Source: Clostridia bacterium
GTDB lineage: Bacteria > Bacillota > Clostridia > Oscillospirales > CAG-272
Direction: 5' to 3'
DNA: 53,760 bases
NCBI GenBank assembly: GCA_024404445.1
Contig: JAKSPY010000002.1
Coordinates: forward strand, 1-53,760
Part shown: in pieces, positions 38,576 through 46,347 of the stretch
Layout: every line of letters starts with the position of its first letter
Numbering within the stretch: the stretch's first letter is position 1
Notes under the pieces: model-generated
Seen by the model: the letters and a program-made list of their open reading frames with translations, nothing else
Databases searched by the model: none
What the model was told of the DNA's origin: nothing
Made by a program: the position numbers and the translations under genes

Positions 38576-38754
38576 AAAACATTCTCCTCTCGATTTCAGA
38601 TATTACGTCGCCGGAAACGGCGCCATTTTTTGTTTTTTACGCAAATAAGAAAATCTCCGATTGTCAATATTCTGCCCTGCGTTTTTTTGTATCACACATT
38701 TATACGAACTGTTTTGTGAAAAGGCTACTGTTTTTTTTATTTTTTTTGATTATT

Positions 38755-40950
38755 TTATTTTTCTTCGATATCCAGCCGCTGACGTTCGACAAGCGACGCA
38801 AAATACCCGTTCTTTGCGATCAGCTCATCGTAAGTACCCTCCTCGACGATCTTACCGTGATCCAGATATATGATGCGGTCGGCGTGTTGAATGGTTGACA
38901 GGCGGTGCGCGATGACTATCCTCGTGCATTTCAGTGAATCTATAGCCTCGGAAACCTTTCTTTGCGTGATGTTATCAAGCGCGCTTGTCGCCTCATCAAA
39001 CATCAATATCTTCGGCTTCGGAGCCACGGCCCGCGCAATCATCAGCCTCTGCTTCTGTCCGCCGGAAATACCGCCCTGCCCCTCTGAGATCATCGTATTC
39101 ATGCCCATCGGCATCTCACGGATATCATCGGCGATCGAGGCGATCTCCGCCGCCTCCCACGCCTGATCCATATTGAGCTCCGGAGCGGTGATGACGATAT
39201 TGGAATAGATGTCGCCGAGGAAAAGTTTTCCGTCCTGCATGACGACGCCGATCTTACGGCGCAACGACTCAGGGTCTATCCTTGCCATATCCTTCTTGTC
39301 AAAGAAGATACTGCCCTTTTGCGGTGTTTCAAATCCGAGCATCAGTCGTATCAGCGTGCTTTTTCCGCATCCGGTCGAACCGACAATGGCAAGGTATTCG
39401 CCTGTTTTTATTTTCAGAGAAAGATCGTCGATAACGTTGGGCATTGAGTCGTCATAACGGAACGACACGTGCGACAGCTCAATGGCGCCGCGCAGAGAAA
39501 CGATATTCTCCTTACCGTCGTGTACCTCCGGCTCCGCCTCCATGATCGGCCTCGACATTTCAAGCGTCGGCTTAATATTCGCGATAGTCACGGCAATCGA
39601 AACGACTGACATGAACGACGACGAAACCATGCCGTACGCGGTATTGAACGCATAATAATCCGCTATGCCGACGTTGTTCTTTATCGCCGTCGCATACAGC
39701 ACCAGCGCGCCGATAAGCGACAGTGCGAGGCTTAAAGTCCCGCTGAGCTTCAAAAACAGCGGCTGATCGTAGTTCAGCGCCGCCTCCTTGGCGTAATACC
39801 TTGCCCAACGAGAAAACATTCTTTTTTCCGCACCGGCAAGCTTGATCTTCTGAATTCCGGTGATGGTCGAATACGTCAGGCCGCTCGTTTTGGCGGACAA
39901 CTTCATCGTTTCGCTCGTGATCCTCATTTGTACAAACGTCGTCGCCAGCGACAGTACGATAGTCGCGGCGGTGATCAGCAATGACGGTACAACAAGTGAC
40001 GGAGCAAATACGAAAATCTGACCGATATAGATCAGCGAAAACAACGACGTAATTCCCGTCATACCGATAGTATTGAACAGCGTGGAGCACAACGACTGCA
40101 CATATGCGGCGCGCTGTGAAAGCTCACCGGACGAATACTGCTTAAAAAATGACGGCGGCAGGCTCATTATGCGGTTCATCACCGCAGCCTGTACCGATAT
40201 ATTCTGCTTGATACCGATGCGCGAATTGATCAAGCTCTGAAAAACGCCGAAGAACAGCCGACAGGCCGAAAAGCAGATCATGAATATTGCCAATGATATC
40301 AATACCCTGACGCTACCCGATTCGATGACATCGCTGAACAGCCATTTTGTAAACATCGGGGAAAGCAGACCGAGCGCGGCCGACGCGCCCATCAGCGCGA
40401 TATACAGAACAATATCGGAAATGCTCAATTGCTTTATCATGAATTTCAGCAAATCGCCGATATCCAGCGATTTCTGCGGCAACGGCTCATAAAAGCATAT
40501 AGCCTCGGAGTCGACGAGCTGCTCGGTTTTTCCGTTCATTCTGATTTGCTCGCCGGTCTTGATATTTTTCAGTGTGTAACCCGAAATCTTACCGGGAATC
40601 AGCGCGACGGCAGAGCCGTCCTCTTTCAGCGTGCCCAGCATTGCGCCGCTCGCGCAACGGTACCAGCCCTTATCAAGGATGACGGTGCGGCTTTTTATGC
40701 CGAACGGGCGCATACGGTACTCTATCTGCTCATCCAACGTTTTGATCTGTGTGGGAAGCTCATCGGAATTTGTTTTGCAATGATAGAATTTCAATATTTC
40801 TTCAATAGCCGATCCCGCAATCTCATTCTGACTGAGTGCCTCACGCAGGCGCGTGCCCATCACCGCATTCGCTATGGTATCTATGGCGTCGGCAACATCG
40901 GCGTTATCGGATCTTTCACGACTGCGTAATTGTTCCTCAAACCAACTCAT
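38755..40950 (-). CDS. Bacteriocin-type ABC transporter permease/ATPase without a peptidase active site (ABC2-like)
   Basis: A non-peptidase N-terminal domain of about 170 aa (no QxxxxCG motif), 6 TMs, Walker A GSTGCGKST, signature ISGGQKQR, Walker B ILMFDEATSALD. The start is taken at MSWFEEQ (40950), preceded by AAGGGGGG. Confidence 0.85.
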   Translation of the reverse strand: MSWFEEQLRSRERSDNADVADAIDTIANAVMGTRLREALSQNEIAGSAIEEILKFYHCKTNSDELPTQIKTLDEQIEYRMRPFGIKSRTVILDKGWYRCASGAMLGTLKEDGSAVALIPGKISGYTLKNIKTGEQIRMNGKTEQLVDSEAICFYEPLPQKSLDIGDLLKFMIKQLSISDIVLYIALMGASAALGLLSPMFTKWLFSDVIESGSVRVLISLAIFMICFSACRLFFGVFQSLINSRIGIKQNISVQAAVMNRIMSLPPSFFKQYSSGELSQRAAYVQSLCSTLFNTIGMTGITSLFSLIYIGQIFVFAPSLVVPSLLITAATIVLSLATTFVQMRITSETMKLSAKTSGLTYSTITGIQKIKLAGAEKRMFSRWARYYAKEAALNYDQPLFLKLSGTLSLALSLIGALVLYATAIKNNVGIADYYAFNTAYGMVSSSFMSVVSIAVTIANIKPTLEMSRPIMEAEPEVHDGKENIVSLRGAIELSHVSFRYDDSMPNVIDDLSLKIKTGEYLAIVGSTGCGKSTLIRLMLGFETPQKGSIFFDKKDMARIDPESLRRKIGVVMQDGKLFLGDIYSNIVITAPELNMDQAWEAAEIASIADDIREMPMGMNTMISEGQGGISGGQKQRLMIARAVAPKPKILMFDEATSALDNITQRKVSEAIDSLKCTRIVIAHRLSTIQHADRIIYLDHGKIVEEGTYDELIAKNGYFASLVERQRLDIEEK

Positions 40951-40963
40951 TATCCGACCCCCC

Positions 40964-43135
40964 TTATTCCGCGCTGACAAGATCGCGGTAGACGGTGCTG
41001 TTCTCCATCAGCTCCTTATGCGTTCCGCGATCTGTGATCTCGCCGTGTTCCATTACTATTATTTCATCGCACGAGCGTATCGTCGACAGTCTGTGCGCAA
41101 TGACGATACAGGTTATACCGCGTTCGCGGATAGCCTTTACGACCTCATATTCCGTCTTGGCGTCGAGCGCGCTCGTCGCCTCATCAAGGATGATTATCGT
41201 CGGCTCCTGCGCAAGCGCACGCGCGATCTCAATACGCTGTCTCTGCCCGCCGGAGAAGTCCTTACCTCCCTCGATCAGCTTGTGCTGATAGCCCTTCGGG
41301 CGTTGCATGATGTCGTCGTGTATCTGTGCGTCATGTGCGGCAAGTATCATCTCAAAGTCCTCGATGCTTTTGTCCCACATCTTGATATTATTTGCGATAG
41401 TGTCCTCAAACAGTATAATATCCTGATCCACAACGGCAAGTGAGCCGCGGAAAACATTTTTCGATATGCTGTTCATCGGTTTACCGTCGAACAGGATCTC
41501 GCCGCTCCACGGGTGATAAAGACCCGCAATCAGCTTTGACATCGTGGACTTACCGCATCCGGAGCCGCCGACGATGGCGACACTCTTACCGGGCGTGACC
41601 TTCATGCTGAAATCCTTTATCAGCGGATCGGCAAGAGGCGAATAACCGAATACGACGTTTTTCAGCTCTATTTCGCCGGACAGCTTCTGCTGTTCACCGA
41701 CGTCGCTTTGCTCATTGAATACTATATCGTCGGGATATTCCATGACGTCGTCGACACGCTCCATCTGTGTGCGCATTTCCTGCAACGTCTGACCCGCACT
41801 GATGAGGGTCATGGCAGGCGACATGAACGCCGTCAAAAATCCCTGAAACGCCATTATCATACCGACAGTGAACTGCCCCTGCATCGTCAGCCATACGCCG
41901 AGGAACAGTACCGCGTTATTTGCCACCGTAGATACGAACTGCGGTATCATGCCGAGGTACTGATTCAGCTTCATGAATTTTACCTGCTGGGTATTCACGC
42001 TGGCCTGATAGCCTGCCCATTTCTTGAAATACCCGTTTTCCGAGCCGGATGCCTTGATGGTTTCGATCATTTCGATACCGGCAACGGTTGCTGAAGACAG
42101 CTTCGCGCTGTCACGCATCGAAACACGCGTGACATTGATGCGCTTTTTGGATATGTATCTGGAAATGACGGCATTCACCGTGAGTGCGGCAAGGCCTATT
42201 ATCGTCAGCATCACATTGTAACGCAATATAACGACGAGATAGAATACCATCATCACGGCATTAAGCATCAGCGGGGCGAACGTGCCTATCAGCGTATTTG
42301 CTATCGACGCATTGGCACTCTGTCGGCCCTGTATGTCACCCGCCATGCGCTGTGAAAAGAATTTCATCGGCATTTTCAGTATTTTCCACATATACGTCGC
42401 ACTTCCGACCGACGCCATTTTACCTTTTATGCGAAGCGAGTATATCGCCTGCAATGCCGACATGACGATCTCCACCAGATCAAACACGCCGAGAAACAGC
42501 AAAAACGGAGTTGCCCACCCGGAATCTTTGCCCGTCAGCAGATGATCGAGAAAAATACGGGAGAACGCCGGCTGAACAAATCCCATCAATGCCGCGATAA
42601 CGCCCGTCAGCACAGTGAAAGCGAGCGCCGTTCCCGTACCCTGCAGACGTTTTGACGCAAATGACAGCATGCTTTTCGGCTTACCCGACGGCTCAAACGT
42701 GTCTGACGGCTCAAACTGCAGGCAGATGCCGGTAAAAGATTCATCAAACGTGTCCATGGCGACACTGTACGTTCCCTTTGCGGGGTCGTTCAGATATGCT
42801 CTTCCGCCCTTGAAGCCGTCAAGAACAACAAAGTGATTGAAATTCCAATGTATGATGCACGGGAATTTACCGTGCTCTCTGAGTGTGTCGGGCTCATAGC
42901 GATAGCCCTTTGCCTTGAGGCCGTAGTACCGCGCGGCCTTTAACACGTTACGCGCATTCGATCCGTCGCGCGATACACCGCAGTCCTCACGCACCTGCTC
43001 CAGCGGCACCCATTTATTATAATAGGCCAAAACCATACAAAGGCTTGCCGCACCGCATTCCAATGCCTCCAACTGCATGACGACAGGTACGTTGGCTACG
43101 CCCGTTTTTATCGGATGTTTTCTGTTTTTTGCCAT
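40964..43135 (-). CDS. Peptidase-C39-domain bacteriocin ABC exporter (peptidase/permease/ATPase; ABC1-like)
   Basis: The N-terminal C39 domain has an intact triad context: VMQLEALECGAASLCMVLAYY (Cys), NHFVVLDG (His), AYLNDPAKG (Asp). It also has 6 TMs, Walker A GGSGCGKST, signature FSGGQRQR and Walker B IIILDEATSALD. Confidence 0.92.
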   Translation of the reverse strand: MAKNRKHPIKTGVANVPVVMQLEALECGAASLCMVLAYYNKWVPLEQVREDCGVSRDGSNARNVLKAARYYGLKAKGYRYEPDTLREHGKFPCIIHWNFNHFVVLDGFKGGRAYLNDPAKGTYSVAMDTFDESFTGICLQFEPSDTFEPSGKPKSMLSFASKRLQGTGTALAFTVLTGVIAALMGFVQPAFSRIFLDHLLTGKDSGWATPFLLFLGVFDLVEIVMSALQAIYSLRIKGKMASVGSATYMWKILKMPMKFFSQRMAGDIQGRQSANASIANTLIGTFAPLMLNAVMMVFYLVVILRYNVMLTIIGLAALTVNAVISRYISKKRINVTRVSMRDSAKLSSATVAGIEMIETIKASGSENGYFKKWAGYQASVNTQQVKFMKLNQYLGMIPQFVSTVANNAVLFLGVWLTMQGQFTVGMIMAFQGFLTAFMSPAMTLISAGQTLQEMRTQMERVDDVMEYPDDIVFNEQSDVGEQQKLSGEIELKNVVFGYSPLADPLIKDFSMKVTPGKSVAIVGGSGCGKSTMSKLIAGLYHPWSGEILFDGKPMNSISKNVFRGSLAVVDQDIILFEDTIANNIKMWDKSIEDFEMILAAHDAQIHDDIMQRPKGYQHKLIEGGKDFSGGQRQRIEIARALAQEPTIIILDEATSALDAKTEYEVVKAIRERGITCIVIAHRLSTIRSCDEIIVMEHGEITDRGTHKELMENSTVYRDLVSAE

Positions 43136-43145
43136 GTCGCGCTCC

Positions 43146-43565
43146 TCAATTCAGAACGAATGACATCGGGCGGTAGCTTTCGACCACGAGCTTAGCGTCA
43201 TAGAAGCCGTCCGCGAGAGAAGAACCCAACGATAAAACACATGCATATCCGGATTCACCGTTTTCGCCGATGTCGGTGATGACGGCATCGCAGTCGGCAA
43301 GCTTTACGGTCATACCGACCCGTGCCGATGAAATATTCTCCTCTGAAATATAGCAAACAGCGTCCCCGTTTTCCACGCGGACAATGACCGGCACCGTGCT
43401 GTCTATATGGCCGAATACGCCCCAAACGCAGGCACCCGCCAGCAGAATGATCACGCTGACCAGAATCAGCCACACGCCGGGATTTGACACGCGGATATAA
43501 TCGTCAAGGTTTTCCGGTGATTTGACCCTGTCCAGACTTTTCTTTCTGAATATTTCTTCATTCAT
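43146..43565 (-). CDS. Short HlyD-like bacteriocin-secretion accessory protein
   Basis: FRKKSLDRVKSPENLDDYIRVSNPGVWLILVSVIILLAGACVWGVFG matches the conserved N-terminus and TM of NHLP/NHLM-type HlyD secretion proteins. The protein is only 139 aa, with no coiled-coil hairpin. AAGGAGAA RBS. Confidence 0.7.
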   Translation of the reverse strand: MNEEIFRKKSLDRVKSPENLDDYIRVSNPGVWLILVSVIILLAGACVWGVFGHIDSTVPVIVRVENGDAVCYISEENISSARVGMTVKLADCDAVITDIGENGESGYACVLSLGSSLADGFYDAKLVVESYRPMSFVLN

Positions 43566-43661
43566 TTCTCAGTTTCTCCTTGATACTTATTCACCTTGAC
43601 CGGATCAGCGACTGTTCCGGTGCGCGTGCGTATACCGATATAAAATAATAAACCATTATGT

Positions 43662-43690
43662 ATTATATCATATCACCGCGTATAAGTCAA
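43662..43690 (-). promoter_or_regulatory. Near-consensus extended -10 promoter of the peptide-export operon
   Basis: The minus strand reads TTGACT (43685-43690), 17 nt spacer, TATAAT (43662-43667), with TGa immediately upstream of the -10. It lies about 95 nt upstream of the HlyD-like start. Confidence 0.65.
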
Positions 43691-43779
43691 TCGGATACGA
43701 CCCATAAATTCACGCATTAACGAATCCTGTTCGCGTCACAACATCGGATTCAGCCGACGAAGATATTCGTTTTTCGATG

Positions 43780-43808
43780 TTGACACTGTAAGTGCGATAT
43801 GGTATACT
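43780..43808 (+). promoter_or_regulatory. Near-consensus extended -10 promoter of the 7TM/PrsW pair
   Basis: TTGACA (43780-43785), 17 nt spacer, TATACT (43803-43808), with TGg upstream of the -10. It lies about 130 nt upstream of the ATG at 43941. Confidence 0.65.
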
Positions 43809-43940
43809 TACGTTGGCATTTGTTCCGTGCGGGCGATCCGCGGTATTTGCGATAATCCGACGGAATTATGACGATCACCGACATCATCTTGACTGAACTG
43901 CGGCGTGATATCCGCAATTCTGAAATAAACGGAGTAGATT

Positions 43941-44597
43941 ATGCAAGAAATATCTTTCAGGCTCGTATCCTTTCTGATCGCGGCTTTCGCGTTCGGATTC
44001 GGCGCCGTCTGCCTGTTCAGAAAGAAAAAGCCGCTGTACTTTCAACTGCTTGTATGCGCGGCAGGGTGCTATTGTATCGCACAGCTCGCGACAGTCATCA
44101 ATATCTGGTGCGCCGTGACCTCATCCGTCAGCGTCGGTATGCTGGGTATTTTCGGATGCAATTTCTTTTTGCTGTCGGCGAATTTCGGTACGCTGGACCG
44201 CATCGTCGATGACGGCAGTAATACAAAAGGTCCGGCGCGCGCCGCCGTCATTGCTCCGGTCGTCATGGCCGCGGCCACTGTTGCGGCCTTCTGCGCATGG
44301 GTAAAAAGCGATACATTCTGTGCCTTGGCGTGGGTGATCATGTTATTGCCCGCCCTGCCGGCGTCGTACTTTAATCTGAAGCACATACTGTTGCCGATAG
44401 ACGCATTCGGCTTTTTGCGGGCGACGAAGCCCTGCAATATCATAGCCATCGTATTTTACGTGATGACCGCGGCATACGTCATCGGTTCCGCGTTGGGTAG
44501 CGGCACCGTCGGCGGAATTCTGTCGATATTGATGTCGCTGACCGTTATAGGTCTGACGCTTGCGGCCGTCAAGGGGGCGAAGCAATGGGGAATCTGA
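43941..44597 (+). CDS. 7-TM membrane protein of unknown family (PrsW partner, copy 1)
   Basis: 218 aa with about 7 hydrophobic segments. It shares the motifs K(K/G)KPLYFQ, GCY, ANxG, (F/Y)NL(K/R)H, P(I/V)D and AVKGAxxW with the ORF at 51610-52254. Confidence 0.7.
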   Translation: MQEISFRLVSFLIAAFAFGFGAVCLFRKKKPLYFQLLVCAAGCYCIAQLATVINIWCAVTSSVSVGMLGIFGCNFFLLSANFGTLDRIVDDGSNTKGPARAAVIAPVVMAAATVAAFCAWVKSDTFCALAWVIMLLPALPASYFNLKHILLPIDAFGFLRATKPCNIIAIVFYVMTAAYVIGSALGSGTVGGILSILMSLTVIGLTLAAVKGAKQWGI

Positions 44598-45214
44598 ATC
44601 TTATCCTGTTCATCAGCTTTGCCGCTCCGCTTCTGATGACGCTGTTCGTCTGCCGCGGGAAAGCGAGAACGCTGTTGATTTTTTTGTTTTTCGGTACTGT
44701 CGTGTGTCTGTTCTGCGGTGAATTCAGTGCCATATTACTGAAAACACTTCCGTTCGACCGTCGGTACTTCACGTCCAATTTCACACCACTGTTCGAGGAG
44801 GTATTCAAGGCCGTTCCGATACTCGTTTTTGCGTTTTTGTTCCAGCCGAAAAAGCGCACGTTATTGGAATGCTCACTGTTGGTCGGGGTCGGATTTGCGG
44901 TTTTGGAAAACGCGTTCATCCTCGGCGGATCGGCTACGTCGGTTTCCGTCGTCAATGCGCTGATACGCGGTTTCGGTGCCGGCATGATGCACGGCGTATG
45001 CACGTTGGCCGTCGGATACGGCATGACGTTCGTTCACACGAGACGTAAGCTTTTCTATACCGGCACGATCGCGCTGCTGTCCACGGCGACTATATACCAT
45101 GCGATCTATAATACGTTGGTACAGTCCAATCATCAGCTGGTCGGATTCATATTGCCGGTTGCCACGTTCATCCCCGTCCTTATCCTGCTGAACAAAACTG
45201 CGGGTTTCGACTGA
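44585..45214 (+). CDS. PrsW-family intramembrane protease (copy 1)
   Basis: PrsW signature motifs are present: FEEVFK (EExxK), GFAVLENAF (FxxxE), GAGMMHGV (H) and IYHAIYN (HxxxN). Length is 209 aa. It overlaps the upstream gene by 13 nt. Confidence 0.8.
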   Translation: MGNLNLILFISFAAPLLMTLFVCRGKARTLLIFLFFGTVVCLFCGEFSAILLKTLPFDRRYFTSNFTPLFEEVFKAVPILVFAFLFQPKKRTLLECSLLVGVGFAVLENAFILGGSATSVSVVNALIRGFGAGMMHGVCTLAVGYGMTFVHTRRKLFYTGTIALLSTATIYHAIYNTLVQSNHQLVGFILPVATFIPVLILLNKTAGFD

Positions 45215-45238
45215 AACAGCATAAATGACCACGTCAAA

Positions 45239-45272
45239 GGGCAGTGAGCTTACTTACTCACTGCCCTTTTTT
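45239..45272 (+). terminator. Intrinsic terminator after PrsW copy 1
   Basis: gggcagtgag-loop-ctcactgccc (10-bp stem) followed by tttttt. Confidence 0.75.
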
Positions 45273-45294
45273 CACGGTTTCCGATGATATTTTA

Positions 45295-45939
45295 TCAATC
45301 GCCTTTGATCTTCGCTTTTTCCTCGCGCCTGTTGCGGAACATATCGAGAAGCCTTTCTATTCTGACAATTTCAAAAAGAGCGGCGATTTCAAGCAGCTTC
45401 ATCGCAACCATCGTTAATTTGTTGCCCCACCATTTTTTGCCCGGAACGGCGGCGAGCAAACGTACGACGTCAAAGCCGAGCAAGACAATGAACAGCAACA
45501 CGATCAGCATGAGCGCGCCGGTGTTGATCATAACGCGTCTCGGATTGCTCTTATGCTCCGCCGTCATCAGAAAGTGATACGTTAATATTACAGTGAACAA
45601 AACGGATGTCGCGATCTGAACCGCGAATGAGAACCAATCATAAAACTCCGGCTCTGAATCCTCGGTAAGAAAAAGGAAATTGACGGTATCCACCAGATAA
45701 AATAATTCCCAACACAGAAGCACGGTCAAAACCGCTGAAAGCGCCGCCTTCATGGCGTTCTTTTCGTGCAAGACAAAAGCGCTTGACAGGACGAACAGCA
45801 TAACAACAGTTACCAGCATCGGATATACGTCATATATCCTGTACGTGATCTTGAAATACACGGACAAAACGATCGATGCAATACAGAGTGTCAAGCAGAA
45901 ATACGGTATGATTTTCAGCATCTTATTATCGGAATTCAT
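45295..45939 (-). CDS. Polytopic membrane protein of unknown function
   Basis: 214 aa with about 6 TMs and a basic C-terminal tail. I recognise no motif. Confidence 0.55.
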   Translation of the reverse strand: MNSDNKMLKIIPYFCLTLCIASIVLSVYFKITYRIYDVYPMLVTVVMLFVLSSAFVLHEKNAMKAALSAVLTVLLCWELFYLVDTVNFLFLTEDSEPEFYDWFSFAVQIATSVLFTVILTYHFLMTAEHKSNPRRVMINTGALMLIVLLFIVLLGFDVVRLLAAVPGKKWWGNKLTMVAMKLLEIAALFEIVRIERLLDMFRNRREEKAKIKGD

Positions 45940-45973
45940 AATTCGTTACCCCCGACATCGCAGATTTTACTGC

Positions 45974-46002
45974 ATTATATCACATTCATGAGTTTTTTTC
46001 AA
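45974..46002 (-). promoter_or_regulatory. Near-consensus extended -10 promoter upstream of the 214-aa membrane protein gene
   Basis: The minus strand reads TTGAAA (45997-46002), 17 nt spacer, TATAAT (45974-45979), with TGa upstream of the -10. Confidence 0.55.
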
Positions 46003-46347
46003 TAATAAATTTCTCAAAAAAGAATTTCACAGCGAAGGATCCTGTGGCAGAATTGAATTTGGCCACATCAATTCCAAAAGGAATCATCGCTATGGACGGA
46101 CCGATTATGTCACAGCACATCGAAAGAACTGTTCAAAGCCGAACTTGATCGCCTTTTCGCCGTGTGACCGCGGTGCACGCCGACGAAATTGCCCAACAGT
46201 CGGAAAAGATCACCGTCGAATACATAAAAATGCTTGTTAAGGTCCGACACGGGCGATGCCCTTACACGTCAGTCGATTGCCCCCGCCCGTTCATATCGAC
46301 CGATACGCGGTTTCCGCAGGACTTTTTCCATCCCCGTATTACGGCGA

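Noticed and set aside
38641-38700. Possible internal promoter for peptide 1 (a TTGACA on the minus strand)
   Set aside because: No acceptable -10 hexamer occurs at 16-18 nt spacing. The candidates TATTTG at 14 nt and TAAAAA at 22 nt are poorly spaced. Pep1 is more likely expressed by read-through from the operon promoter.
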